This document shows positions 37,629 to 48,929 of a DNA stretch of 64,000 nt, piece by piece. Numbering within the stretch: the first letter of the stretch is position 1; the number at the start of each line of letters is the position of its first letter. This DNA is from an uncultured Alcaligenaceae bacterium. GTDB lineage: Bacteria > Pseudomonadota > Gammaproteobacteria > Burkholderiales > Burkholderiaceae_B. The position numbers and the translations under genes are program-made. Where the stretch lies: contig CALFXX010000122.1 of assembly GCA_937952975.1 (NCBI GenBank), forward strand, positions 425-64,424. The letters are read 5' to 3'. The notes below the pieces were generated by a model. It was not told where the DNA came from. It saw only the letters and a list, made by a program, of their open reading frames with translations, and ran no database searches.

Positions 37629-38431
37629 CAGAGTTCATCCACGATTTCGCCTGCGTGCTTACGAAATAATCGCGCACCCCACACGCACAACAGCAGAGCA
37701 AGTAAGGTGACCGGCCACAACGAGCGCCAATCCGGCCACTGGCCATTCACTAAGATCTGCTGATATGCCCCCATCAGGTTTGTCATGGGGTTATAGCGAA
37801 TCAACTCTTGAAAGACGGGTGGCAGAATATTAATGGGATACACCACTGGGGTCGCCCAAAACCAAAACTGCAACACGACACCTGCCATTTGACCCACGTC
37901 ACGAAAAAAAACATTGAGCACGCCGAGCGTTAAACCCAAACCCATTGACAACAAAATTTGAATGAACAATACGGGGATCAAGGCCACAAACACGACACCC
38001 GGAAACGCACTCGTCATCAGTAAAAATATCGTAAACAGCGAAAAGATAATGACGAAATTGACCGAGGCGTTTGCCAACGCAATGATCGGCAAACACATCC
38101 GCGGAAAATTAATCTTTTTAAGCAGATTAGCGTTTTCAATAAAAACGTTTTGGCCTCGCGTCACGGCCTCATTAAAATACGTCCAGGTCAGCACGCCGGC
38201 ACACAGGTAGATGCTGTACGCGAATTCGCTTTCAACACCGGGCAGCTTGCTGCGCATGATTTGCGAAAACACCACGGTGTAGACAACGATCATCACCAAG
38301 GGTTTGATGACTGTCCAGGCGGCACCGAGCAACGAGTTTTTATAGTTAGACTGAAACTCGCGCTGCACGCTGCCTGAAATAAAGCCGCGATAGCCCCATA
38401 AAGATCGGATTAGCCCCATATTTGGATGCAC
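37628..38431 (-). CDS. wzm: ABC-2 type polysaccharide export permease Wzm
   Basis: 267 aa with six hydrophobic segments. It sits immediately upstream of wzt with a 1-nt overlap, the typical wzm-wzt pair. Confidence 0.88.
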   Translation of the reverse strand: MHPNMGLIRSLWGYRGFISGSVQREFQSNYKNSLLGAAWTVIKPLVMIVVYTVVFSQIMRSKLPGVESEFAYSIYLCAGVLTWTYFNEAVTRGQNVFIENANLLKKINFPRMCLPIIALANASVNFVIIFSLFTIFLLMTSAFPGVVFVALIPVLFIQILLSMGLGLTLGVLNVFFRDVGQMAGVVLQFWFWATPVVYPINILPPVFQELIRYNPMTNLMGAYQQILVNGQWPDWRSLWPVTLLALLLCVWGARLFRKHAGEIVDEL

Positions 38432-38447
38432 CGGCTAGTGACTGCCG

Positions 38448-39863
38448 TCACGCGCGACCGTAATGATCTTCAAAGCGCACGATATCGTCTTCGCCGAGAT
38501 AGTTACCGCTTTGAACTTCGATCAAGACCAAATCGATTTTGCCGGGGTTTTCAAGCCGATGCTTGTGCCCCGCGGGGATGAAGGTTGATTCGTTGGTGGC
38601 GATCAATAAGTTTTGTTCACCATTCACGACCTTAGCCATACCATCGACCACAATCCAGTGTTCGCTGCGATGATGATGCATTTGCAACGATAGTGAGGCA
38701 CCGGGCTTGACCACGATCCGTTTCATTTTGAAGCCTGTGCCTTCTTCAAGCACGGTGTATGTGCCCCAAGGGCGGTGTACGGTACGGTGTAACTTGTACG
38801 CCTCGTGCCCAATTTTTTTAAGCTGACCCGCGATTTGTTTCACGTCTTGCGAGTGCTCTTTATGCGCAACTAGCAAGGCGTCGGGGGTATCGATAATAAT
38901 GAGGTTATCAACACCCACTGCAGCGATTAAGCGGCCTGAGGCTTGAATAAAAGTGTTGCTGACATCATGCAAGTAGGTTTCGCCTTCAAGGCTATTGCCA
39001 TTTGCATCTTTAGGGATCAAGTCACCCAACGCATTCCACGACCCGATATCGCTCCAGCCGATGTCGCAGGCAACGATGGCGGCGTGGGTGGTTTTTTCCA
39101 TTAAAGCGTAGTCGATTGAAATGCTGTCGGCTTTTTTAAATGTCTCGGCATCTAGGTCAATTTGATACTGACCAGGGCCTTCAACTCGGCGCGAGGCTTT
39201 GAGGCTTGTTTCAACCGCCTCTAATACCGCAGGCGCATACAGCTTGAGCTCGGCCAAGGCTGTTTCGGCTGTCATGCAAAACATGCCCGAGTTCCAGAGG
39301 TATTTGCCGCTAGCGACATACTTCTGTGCAGTTTCTAGATTCGGTTTTTCGACAAACCGCTTAACCGTGTGGCCTTCAGATTCAATATAGCCGTAGCCGG
39401 TTTCGGGGCCTTCGGGTCGAATACCGAACGTGGTCACTTTACCGGTTTCAGCTAGTTTGACGGCGGTTTGCACGGCCTCGGTAAAGGCGTGTACGTCTGC
39501 GATCAGGTGATCTGCGGTTAAAAATAACATCACGGCTTTGGGGCCGTAAGTTTGATAGACAGTCAGTGCAGCTGCGGCAATCGCGGGGGCAGTGTTACGG
39601 CCTTCGGACTCAAGAATGAAGCCCAACGGCATGGGGATCTCGCCCGTTTCGCGATATTCGTCGGCGGTTTTAAAAAACAGATCGCGATTGGTGACGGTCA
39701 ACACTTCGACCACGTCTGGCAAACCTTTTGCACGCAAAAATGACTTTTGCAGCAGGCTTTGGCCATCAGCCAAGCGGATAAAGGGCTTAGGGTGCTGCTC
39801 GCGCGACACCGGCCATAAACGTGTGCCGGCACCGCCAGAGAGAATCACAGGGATGAGTTGCAT
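38448..39863 (-). CDS. manC: Bifunctional mannose-1-phosphate guanylyltransferase / mannose-6-phosphate isomerase
   Basis: MQLIPVILSGGAGTRLWPVSR is the nucleotidyltransferase end. The C-terminal cupin has WGTYTVLEEG..HHHRSEHWIVV. The 471-aa length fits. Confidence 0.9.
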   Translation of the reverse strand: MQLIPVILSGGAGTRLWPVSREQHPKPFIRLADGQSLLQKSFLRAKGLPDVVEVLTVTNRDLFFKTADEYRETGEIPMPLGFILESEGRNTAPAIAAAALTVYQTYGPKAVMLFLTADHLIADVHAFTEAVQTAVKLAETGKVTTFGIRPEGPETGYGYIESEGHTVKRFVEKPNLETAQKYVASGKYLWNSGMFCMTAETALAELKLYAPAVLEAVETSLKASRRVEGPGQYQIDLDAETFKKADSISIDYALMEKTTHAAIVACDIGWSDIGSWNALGDLIPKDANGNSLEGETYLHDVSNTFIQASGRLIAAVGVDNLIIIDTPDALLVAHKEHSQDVKQIAGQLKKIGHEAYKLHRTVHRPWGTYTVLEEGTGFKMKRIVVKPGASLSLQMHHHRSEHWIVVDGMAKVVNGEQNLLIATNESTFIPAGHKHRLENPGKIDLVLIEVQSGNYLGEDDIVRFEDHYGRA

Positions 39864-39983
39864 GCTTAAGCGCCAGAAATAATTTACAGCATTATCGCAT
39901 TGTGGAGGCTAAACAGCCCGTTTCGGAGCTCCGCGCCTTGCTTGTGTGCATCGTTACCCCGGCAAATGCGTACAGGGACCTTT

Positions 39984-41402
39984 TTATTGCTCGAATAACG
40001 ACTTTTGAAGCTGCTCGACGCTTTGCTGCCAGGTGTTGTATTTCAGACCGGTGCTCAGTGGGTGTTGCTTCGCCTCGTACAGGGACAACCAAGCTTTAAT
40101 GCTTTGAGCCGTATCCTGAGCCGCCTCAGAGGCGGTTTGGCGCCCGGCGGGGCCGCCAAAATAGTAAGCTGCGTCGCCGGCGACTTCTCTAAACACGGGG
40201 ATATCGCGCAGCAATAAAGGGATACCGTACTGAGCCGACTCGATCAACGGCAAGCCAAAACCTTCGCCCTCACTGGCCGCGATCAGGCAGGTGCTGGCCG
40301 CGTATATTTTTTCAAGATACTCGTCACTGATCCCTTTCAGCCAGAAGAGCTTTTTATTCAACTCTGGATGTTGGGCTAGAATGTCTGCAACTTCGGAGAT
40401 ATTCCACCCTATTTTACCGACGATCAGTAAATTTATATTTTCGGTGGCTTGCCAAAGCAGGGTAAATGCATCAAGAATTTGACGATAGCCTTTACGGGGT
40501 TCAAGCGTGCCCACCATTAAAAAGGTGGGGCGCTGGCTAATCGTAGACAGCATCTGCTCGGCATCGGCCGGCAAGCCTTTTGAAGGCGCCGAATTATTTA
40601 GATCGGCCCCCAGATGGAAAAAAGTAGCTTGAAAGGTATCGCTGACAGGGATGCGGCTGGCCGCAATCCACGCTTGATAGTCATCGGCCACTGCTTTTGA
40701 AATGCAAATCGCACCATCAAACTTAACCAAGGTGCGCAACCAGCGCATATGAAAATCTTTGGTTGAGCTTGGAAAGTAGGCGGGAAACTGCACCGGCAGC
40801 AGGTCATAGACCACAAAATACACTTTCACCCCAGCCGCTCTAATCTTTGAGAGGTAGTTTTGCTCTTTGAGTGTCGTGACGCAGGCGAAATCCAAGCCTA
40901 AAAAGATATCGCCTGGGCTCACGTCAATCGCCCGCGGTTCGGGCGAGCGGCCTAAGGTCAGCGACCCGCTGGCGTCATGCCCCATCTGCGCAGCCTTATA
41001 GCCAACATGGCGATCGCCATATACGGCTTGAATCTCGTACCCCGCGGGTGGGTTCGTCAGTAATTGCAGCAAGATGCTGCGTGTAACCCGTTGAATGCCC
41101 GTTTTTAAGTCTTCTAAAACTAAAAACGAAACGTCAACAAATAGAATGTTGGAGGTGGAATTTGTACGAAACTGAACAATACGAGGCTTAACTAGATACC
41201 AATCAAACAACTGCACCTGAATATGGCGCACAAAAGGCTCAAAACTAGGATATTTGGTGGTAAGGGCTTTAAACGCTTTTTTAAGCGGCCCTGTGGTCAG
41301 TAAATCGTATAAATTTTTAACAACCGACTTGATCATATGTGTGATGGCTAAAACTATATTGGGCAAGCCGAGATGACGGGATAATAAAAAATATATCCCC
41401 AA
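39984..41402 (-). CDS. GT4 glycosyltransferase (WbpX-like size), paralog of the C-terminal domain of the 870-aa enzyme
   Basis: LFVDVSFLVLEDLKTGIQRV..LIAASEGEGFGLPLIESAQYGIPLLLRDIPVFREV. The true start may be the internal MIKSVVKN. Confidence 0.8.
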   Translation of the reverse strand: MGIYFLLSRHLGLPNIVLAITHMIKSVVKNLYDLLTTGPLKKAFKALTTKYPSFEPFVRHIQVQLFDWYLVKPRIVQFRTNSTSNILFVDVSFLVLEDLKTGIQRVTRSILLQLLTNPPAGYEIQAVYGDRHVGYKAAQMGHDASGSLTLGRSPEPRAIDVSPGDIFLGLDFACVTTLKEQNYLSKIRAAGVKVYFVVYDLLPVQFPAYFPSSTKDFHMRWLRTLVKFDGAICISKAVADDYQAWIAASRIPVSDTFQATFFHLGADLNNSAPSKGLPADAEQMLSTISQRPTFLMVGTLEPRKGYRQILDAFTLLWQATENINLLIVGKIGWNISEVADILAQHPELNKKLFWLKGISDEYLEKIYAASTCLIAASEGEGFGLPLIESAQYGIPLLLRDIPVFREVAGDAAYYFGGPAGRQTASEAAQDTAQSIKAWLSLYEAKQHPLSTGLKYNTWQQSVEQLQKSLFEQ

Positions 41403-42596
<1,194 letters not shown>

Positions 42597-43604
42597 ATGA
42601 CAGTTGAAGCTCGGATGAACGCAAGCAACAACCGACGCGTACTCGTCACCGGGCTGCAAGGGTTTACCGGCCTGCATTTGGCTAACGAACTTGAGGCGCG
42701 TGGCTACGAGGTGTGGGGCTTAGGGGACGTTGACCCCACTCGGCCCCGCTCGGTCAAAGCAAATCTCTTAGATCCTGAATCGTTGGGCGCGGCGGTATTA
42801 GCTGCGCAGCCGCAATATGTGGTGCATTTGGCAGGTGTGGCCTTTGTCGGCCACGGCCAGCCCAAGGCATTTTATGACGTCAATTTAGTGGGCACGCGCA
42901 ACTTGCTTGAGGCACTCGAACCGCTTTCGGCGCAATTAAAGTGTGTGCTGCTTGCCAGCAGCGCCAATGTGTATGGCAACTTGCAAGGCGGCTTGCTCAG
43001 CGAAAGCAATCCAGTCAACCCAGCAAACGATTACGCAGTCAGCAAACTGGCCATGGAATATATGGCTAAGCTGTGGTTGCCCAAGGTGCCGGTCGTGATG
43101 GCACGGCCTTTTAACTACACCGGCATTGGTCAGTCAGAAAGCTTTTTGATCCCCAAGATCGTGTCGCATTTTGTGCGCAAGCAGCCAACGCTTGATCTGG
43201 GCAACATGGACGTTTGGCGCGAGTTTAATGACGTTCGCGATGTGGTCAAAGCCTATCGCATACTGCTTGAGGCGGCACCGATCGGTCAGATTGTGAACGT
43301 CTGTTCCAGCAATTTAGTGTCGCTTAAAGACGCACTGGCTTTGGCAACCGAATTGACCGGACACTCACTAGAAGCGCGTGTTAACCCGCTGTTTGTGCGC
43401 GCCAACGAGGTGCTGAAGCTGGGCGGGGATACAACGTTGTTAAAGACTTTTGTGCCTGATTGGCACCCCAAGTGCTTGCGTGAAACGTTAGCGTGGATGA
43501 TTCAGGCGGCGCAACAAGAGTTGACCATAACAAGCGGCTCTGGCTCGCTTGCTAGCAACACGGCCGCAACTTCAATTCAGTCTTTACCCCCCATCCAGCC
43601 ATGA
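42597..43604 (+). CDS. rmd: GDP-6-deoxy-D-lyxo-4-hexulose reductase (GDP-D-rhamnose synthase, Rmd-like SDR)
   Basis: RVLVTGLQGFTGLHL, YAVSKLAMEY (YxxxK), ARPFNYTGIGQ, MDVWREFNDVRDV and VNVCSS parallel the P. aeruginosa Rmd pattern as I recall it. Its ATG directly abuts the gmd stop. A ~30-aa S/T-rich C-terminal tail follows. Confidence 0.72.
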   Translation: MTVEARMNASNNRRVLVTGLQGFTGLHLANELEARGYEVWGLGDVDPTRPRSVKANLLDPESLGAAVLAAQPQYVVHLAGVAFVGHGQPKAFYDVNLVGTRNLLEALEPLSAQLKCVLLASSANVYGNLQGGLLSESNPVNPANDYAVSKLAMEYMAKLWLPKVPVVMARPFNYTGIGQSESFLIPKIVSHFVRKQPTLDLGNMDVWREFNDVRDVVKAYRILLEAAPIGQIVNVCSSNLVSLKDALALATELTGHSLEARVNPLFVRANEVLKLGGDTTLLKTFVPDWHPKCLRETLAWMIQAAQQELTITSGSGSLASNTAATSIQSLPPIQP

Positions 43605-44746
43605 TGTGCGTGGGGTTCGGTGTGACAGCCCTATGCAAAGGCATTGCAGGGGGCGGCTCTGACGGCATCGGCAACTACACCCTTGAAATGCTGCGCCAGT
43701 TTGGTGTGCGCGATGATTTGTCATTAGTGCCCTTTGCTTTTGGGCATCCGGTCGCGGGTGAAGTGATGAGTCAGCTGAACCACTCAGGCATCACGCTCGG
43801 ACGCTATCCACTAAACGCAGCGTGGTCAGCCGCAACTGGCTTCAATTTTTTTGGCCTCAATCGCTTAAACCAAAAAGTAGATCTGATCCACGCGACCGAT
43901 CATTACGTACCCAAATGCAGCCCAATGCCGTTAGTGGCTACGTTAATGGATGCAATCCCGTTATCGCACCCGCAATGGTCACGCGGCAACCATCGTGGTT
44001 TAAAAAATGCGCTTTGGATTCGAGCCGCAAACTGGGCTGATCAGGTCATTACGATTTCTGAATACTCAAAACTTGAGCTCGCGAAGTGGACTGGTATCTC
44101 GCCCAACAAGATTAGCGTGATCCCACTAGGGGTCGATAAGCGTTGGTTCCGTAACGTACCCACCCATGAGTTTGCGCAAGTGCGCGCGCGCTACGCCTTA
44201 CCTGAGCGCTTCTTTATCTCAGTGGCCACATTGCAGCCTCGCAAAAATATTGAAGGCGCGATTTTGGCGCACCGCTCAATGCCGCTCGCTGCACGCCAAC
44301 GCGTGCCACTCGTGATTGTTGGCCGCGCAGGATGGAAGTGCGAAGCTGTTTTAAAAATGATGGATGAAGACACAAGCTCAGGCGCCGTACGTTGGTTGCA
44401 GCATGTACCAGAGGCGGACTTGTTAGCCGTTGTGAAATCAGCCAGCGCGCTGGTGTTTGCCTCGTTAGCCGAAGGTTTTGGCTTGCCTGTGCTTGAAGCC
44501 TTTGCGGCACAAGTGCCGGTAGTGACTTCTAACACGACGTCTTTACCTGAAGTGACAGGCAACGCTGCGTTAACAGTTGACCCGCTGGATGTTGCAGCGT
44601 TAAGCGCAGCGATGACCCGTGTGATTGATGATGAAGTCTTAGCACATGAGCTGAAGCAGCGCGGGCTGCTGCGAGCTCAGTCGTTTAACTGGCAAGCGTG
44701 TGCGGCTGCGACGGTTGGTGTGTATCAAGAGGTTTTAGCGCGGTAG
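43601..44746 (+). CDS. GT4 glycosyltransferase (WbpZ-like size and position)
   Basis: LVFASLAEGFGLPVLEAFAAQVPVVTSNTTSLPEV. 4-nt overlap with rmd. 381 aa. Confidence 0.85.
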   Translation: MMCVGFGVTALCKGIAGGGSDGIGNYTLEMLRQFGVRDDLSLVPFAFGHPVAGEVMSQLNHSGITLGRYPLNAAWSAATGFNFFGLNRLNQKVDLIHATDHYVPKCSPMPLVATLMDAIPLSHPQWSRGNHRGLKNALWIRAANWADQVITISEYSKLELAKWTGISPNKISVIPLGVDKRWFRNVPTHEFAQVRARYALPERFFISVATLQPRKNIEGAILAHRSMPLAARQRVPLVIVGRAGWKCEAVLKMMDEDTSSGAVRWLQHVPEADLLAVVKSASALVFASLAEGFGLPVLEAFAAQVPVVTSNTTSLPEVTGNAALTVDPLDVAALSAAMTRVIDDEVLAHELKQRGLLRAQSFNWQACAAATVGVYQEVLAR

Positions 44747-44788
44747 GCATAGTGTTGCAGCAGGTTGCTGAGGCACGCTGATTTGGGC

Positions 44789-45919
44789 TCAGCCGCGAGA
44801 CTGATCCAACGATGCCAACAACTCGCCATAAGCCGCCATATATTTCTGCGCCATGGTCTCGGCCTTGAAGGTCTCTTGATATCTAACCAGCGCCTGTTGC
44901 CCCCATACCTGCACCTGTTCAGGCTGTTGCCAAAACGTATCCAAAGCATGCCCAAAACTTTGCGCATCAGAGGGCGGCACGACCAAGCCGGTGACGCCAT
45001 CTAGGTTGACGTAACTGGTGCCGGTACCGATTTCGCAGGTAATCATCGGGGTACCCTGCTGAGCGGCTTCGGCCAATACGATGCCAAAGGCTTCTGAAGG
45101 CATGTGCGATGGGAAAACAAACCCATACGCCGCACGCATGAGGCTACGCTTTTCGTCGTTAGTGACTTCGGGTACAAAGTGCAGGTTGGTTAAACCCAGC
45201 TGTTTAGCTTGGGCGACCAGGGCGTCGTGCTGATCGCCGCGGCCCGCGATGACGGTGGGATAATCGCGACCTTTTAAGGCCTCGAGCAAAACGTGTAAGC
45301 CTTTGTAATAGCGCAGCGCCCCCAAAAACAAAAAGAACCTTGGGCCAAACTGTGTGCGCCAAGCTTGTACTTCGGGGTCGGTTTCGGCGTGCGCTTCAAA
45401 GTGCTGGATGCCGTAGGTAATCAGGCGAACTTTGTCTTTATGCCTTTGCAGCACCGGGCTTGATTGCATGATGCCGGGCGAGGCTGCGTAGATCTTGCTC
45501 ATTTTGCTCAGGTAAAAATTGCGCAATGGCGCGTAGAGCTTATTGAGCTGAACCTGATTGACCACATCAGAGTGGTAACTAATCAGGCTGGGCTTTTTTA
45601 TACCCGACAGCACATAGCAAAGATCGGCATACGGCCACGGAAAATGCATGTGCAAGACATCGGCCCAGGCGGCTTCTTTTTTGAAATTAGCCAGCAAACT
45701 GACTGAAAACCCGGTTGAAGCCACATACAAATCGCGCTTGTAGCGGACGATTTGATAACCCTCAGGTGACATATCTGTGCGAGGCTCGCCAGGAGTAAGC
45801 ACTAACACCCGATTTTCAACACCCAGCGGCGTGGTGTGACTGGCGATGGTATGAACCACCTGCTCAATGCCACCATAGGTGTCCGGAAAAAACGTCTTTA
45901 AGACGTGCAGCACACGCAT
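44789..45919 (-). CDS. GT4 glycosyltransferase (WbpY-like size)
   Basis: MRVLHVLKTFFPDTYGGIEQVV..FVFPSHMPSEAFGIVLAEAAQQGTPMITCEIGTGTS. It directly abuts the upstream PNPT gene. Confidence 0.85.
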   Translation of the reverse strand: MRVLHVLKTFFPDTYGGIEQVVHTIASHTTPLGVENRVLVLTPGEPRTDMSPEGYQIVRYKRDLYVASTGFSVSLLANFKKEAAWADVLHMHFPWPYADLCYVLSGIKKPSLISYHSDVVNQVQLNKLYAPLRNFYLSKMSKIYAASPGIMQSSPVLQRHKDKVRLITYGIQHFEAHAETDPEVQAWRTQFGPRFFLFLGALRYYKGLHVLLEALKGRDYPTVIAGRGDQHDALVAQAKQLGLTNLHFVPEVTNDEKRSLMRAAYGFVFPSHMPSEAFGIVLAEAAQQGTPMITCEIGTGTSYVNLDGVTGLVVPPSDAQSFGHALDTFWQQPEQVQVWGQQALVRYQETFKAETMAQKYMAAYGELLASLDQSRG

Positions 45920-47023
45920 TTAACCGCGCCGCTTCTTTTGTAAAACCATCCACTTTGGCATTCTGAACAGCACCAAGGTGCGGTACAAAATCACGTAACT
46001 GGTGGCAAACAAGACCGTGCACAGGATCAGTGGGATCTCGTACTGCCAAAACAATACGGCCGGGATAATAGCCAATGACGACAACACCCACAAATAGGGT
46101 GAGGTCATAGCATTGCGCTCAGTAATCAGGCGGGCCTCGGTAGAGCCAACGGCCCAGCGCACTAAGCGTTTGTATACCAACATGTGCAAGTGAACGCCGT
46201 CGGGGGCGCCTGGTGATTTGCCGCGCACGAATTTTTTACGGTAGATTGAAAACAGGGTTTCAAAAACGGGATAAATGCACAGCAGTAGGGGAAACCAGGC
46301 CGACACTTGCGGGTGGCGGGCCAGCATCACGACCGACAAGGTGCCGATCATGAACCCAATAAAGTAGGCTCCACCATCGCCTAAAAAGATCAGGCCGCGG
46401 GGATAGTTCCAGATCAAAAAGCCGCCAATCGCGCCCAACATCCCCACCGCAGCGACTAAAACCAAGCGATCGCCTAAGTAAAAAGCCACGTAGCCTAAGC
46501 CGGCCAAGATCATGCCCGACACCACTGCGGCCAGGCCGTTATAACCGTCGATAATGTTGATAGCGTTGGCAGCGCCGGCGATGGTGAATGAAGTAAACAC
46601 CAAGGATACGGCCGCGATTTTTAAGAGGGAATCAATCCCAAACACGTCAATACGGGTCACCGCAGCGCCCAACCACCAGTACACCAAGGCACCGCTGACG
46701 ATCGCGAGCAACAACCTGACCATGACACGGGCGTTTCGGAACAGATCTTCACATAATCCACCCAAAAACACTGGCATGGCGCAGGCAAACAGCACCAGCA
46801 AATCGCGCAAAATCTCGGGGTCGCGTTGGTAAGCTATGGCGCAAACGGGGATCATGCCTAATAAAATCGAGATTCCGCCCACACGCGGCACCGGATTGGC
46901 GTGATATTTTTGCACCCCAGTCATGTCAGAATCTACCCCAAAGCGCGGACGCAAACGGCCGTGTCTCACTAGAAACAGTGAAATAATCAAAGACACCAGA
47001 AAAGCGCTCAAGACATAGGCCAT
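45920..47023 (-). CDS. Polyprenyl-phosphate N-acetylhexosamine-1-phosphate transferase (WbpL/WecA family), second copy
   Basis: PRVGGISILLG, NAINIIDGYNGLA and LGDGGAYFIGF. 367 aa. Confidence 0.85.
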   Translation of the reverse strand: MAYVLSAFLVSLIISLFLVRHGRLRPRFGVDSDMTGVQKYHANPVPRVGGISILLGMIPVCAIAYQRDPEILRDLLVLFACAMPVFLGGLCEDLFRNARVMVRLLLAIVSGALVYWWLGAAVTRIDVFGIDSLLKIAAVSLVFTSFTIAGAANAINIIDGYNGLAAVVSGMILAGLGYVAFYLGDRLVLVAAVGMLGAIGGFLIWNYPRGLIFLGDGGAYFIGFMIGTLSVVMLARHPQVSAWFPLLLCIYPVFETLFSIYRKKFVRGKSPGAPDGVHLHMLVYKRLVRWAVGSTEARLITERNAMTSPYLWVLSSLAIIPAVLFWQYEIPLILCTVLFATSYVILYRTLVLFRMPKWMVLQKKRRG

Positions 47024-47112
47024 GCAGGGCCAGACCTTTAACTTTTAGTTATTAGGGGGATTTTACCCTTAGGGCGAGGGCAAGGCTTTTTAACGCTCTT
47101 GCAAAGCCCAAA

Positions 47113-48768
47113 CTAAACATCAATCGCGCTAACGGCTCCTGATCTTGCCCTGAGTTCAAATTTTTGGATTTTGCCTGTTGAGGTTTTGGGCAGTTCACCA
47201 AACTCGATCGCACCCGGCACTTTGAAACCGGCCAAATGTTGTTTGCAGTGTTTGATTAACTCTTCGGCTGAGGTTTGCGCGCCGGGTTTGAGCTCAATAA
47301 ACGCGCAGGGAGTTTCGCCCCATTTGGGGTGAGGCTTGGCCACGACCGCGACGGCCATGATGGCGGGGTGTTTGTATAAGACGTCTTCGATTTCGATGCT
47401 TGAGATATTTTCTCCGCCCGAAATAATGACATCTTTGCTGCGGTCTTTGATCTTGATGTAGCCGTCGGGGTAGCGCACCCCTAAATCACCGGTGTGAAAC
47501 CAGCCGCCGGCAAACGCAGCTTCGGTGGCTTTAGGGTTGCCTAGGTAGCCTTTCATGCAAATGTTGCCACGTAAGACGATCTCGCCGATGGTTTGTCCAT
47601 CGCGTGGCACGGGTTCGTTGGTTTCTGGGTTGACAACATCGGCACCGCCTTGCAGGTGATAACGCACACCTTGGCGCGCGTGATACACCGCGCGTTCGGC
47701 GGCGGGCAGGCTATCCCATTCTTGCTGCGGGGCGCACACGGTGCAGGGGCCGTAGACTTCGGTCAGGCCATACACGTGGGTGAGGGTGATGCCGAGTGCG
47801 TCCATCGCTTCAATCAGTGTCGCTGACGGCGCTGCGCCTGCGACCATGCCTTTGACACGGCCGCCGTTGAGCTTGCTCATGCCGTCTTGTTTGAGTGCCT
47901 CAGGCGCATTGACCAACATGCTGTGCACGATCGGAGCGCCGCAATAATGTGTGACACCATAATCTCGGATAGCGCCAAACACGCCCTCGGGCGTCACGCG
48001 ACGCAAGCAAACGTTGACACCGGCGCGCGCCGCAATCGCCCACGGAAAGCACCAGCCGTTGCAATGAAACATCGGCAAGGTCCACAAGTACACGGGGTGC
48101 GAGGGCAGATCCCATTCAAGAATGTTACTGACGGCGTTCATGTAAGCGCCGCGATGGTGATAGACCACGCCCTTGGGCTCACCTGTGGTGCCAGAGGTAT
48201 AGTTCAGCGCGATGGCATCCCACTCGTCGCCTTGAAAAGTGAGAGTTGTGCTTTGCACAGAAGCACCTGCCAGTAACGCCTCGTATTCATGTGTACCAAT
48301 GCGCTCACCGGCACCATCGTATTCGCTATCATCAACATCAATCACAATCGGCTGAACGTTGGCGTTTAAGATCGCCTCTTTCATGACCTTGCTGAATTCG
48401 CGATCCACGATCACAACCTTGGCTTGGCCGTGATTCAACATATAGGTCAAGCTAGCCGCATCTAAGCGGGTATTCAGCGCATTGAGCACCGCCCCCAACG
48501 TGGGCACACCAAAGTGGCACTCAAGCATCTCGGGTGTGTTGGGCAGCATCACGGTGATCGTGTCACCCTTTTGCACGCCTAATGCACGCAAAGCGTGCGC
48601 GAGTTGTTGCGCACGCTGATAGGTTTGCAACCAAGTGCGGCGAATCTTGCCATGTACAACGGCCAAACGATCCGGGTAGACTTCAGCGGCGCGTAACAAA
48701 AAATCCACCGGAGTTAACGCTGCGTAATTGGCGGCGGTTTTTGGAAGGTTTTGTTCGTAGATGTTCAT
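47113..48768 (-). CDS. AMP-forming acyl-CoA synthetase / ligase (ANL superfamily)
   Basis: LNYTSGTTGEPKGV (AMP-binding motif I), GYGLTE-like YGLTEVYG, FHTGDLG and a PKTSTGKIQK C-terminal lysine motif. Confidence 0.85.
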   Translation of the reverse strand: MNIYEQNLPKTAANYAALTPVDFLLRAAEVYPDRLAVVHGKIRRTWLQTYQRAQQLAHALRALGVQKGDTITVMLPNTPEMLECHFGVPTLGAVLNALNTRLDAASLTYMLNHGQAKVVIVDREFSKVMKEAILNANVQPIVIDVDDSEYDGAGERIGTHEYEALLAGASVQSTTLTFQGDEWDAIALNYTSGTTGEPKGVVYHHRGAYMNAVSNILEWDLPSHPVYLWTLPMFHCNGWCFPWAIAARAGVNVCLRRVTPEGVFGAIRDYGVTHYCGAPIVHSMLVNAPEALKQDGMSKLNGGRVKGMVAGAAPSATLIEAMDALGITLTHVYGLTEVYGPCTVCAPQQEWDSLPAAERAVYHARQGVRYHLQGGADVVNPETNEPVPRDGQTIGEIVLRGNICMKGYLGNPKATEAAFAGGWFHTGDLGVRYPDGYIKIKDRSKDVIISGGENISSIEIEDVLYKHPAIMAVAVVAKPHPKWGETPCAFIELKPGAQTSAEELIKHCKQHLAGFKVPGAIEFGELPKTSTGKIQKFELRARSGAVSAIDV

Positions 48769-48929
48769 GATTGATTCTTGGTCAAGCTAGACAATGGATC
48801 AAAGGATTTAAGAAAAAGATGACTGACTACTTCAAGACTGCCACTTCAGTATGACCGACTCAGTTCTGCCGTTTCATGACCATCAGATTGAACAACGGTC
48901 AGCTTGCGTGAGTCTTGCAAAGAACGACT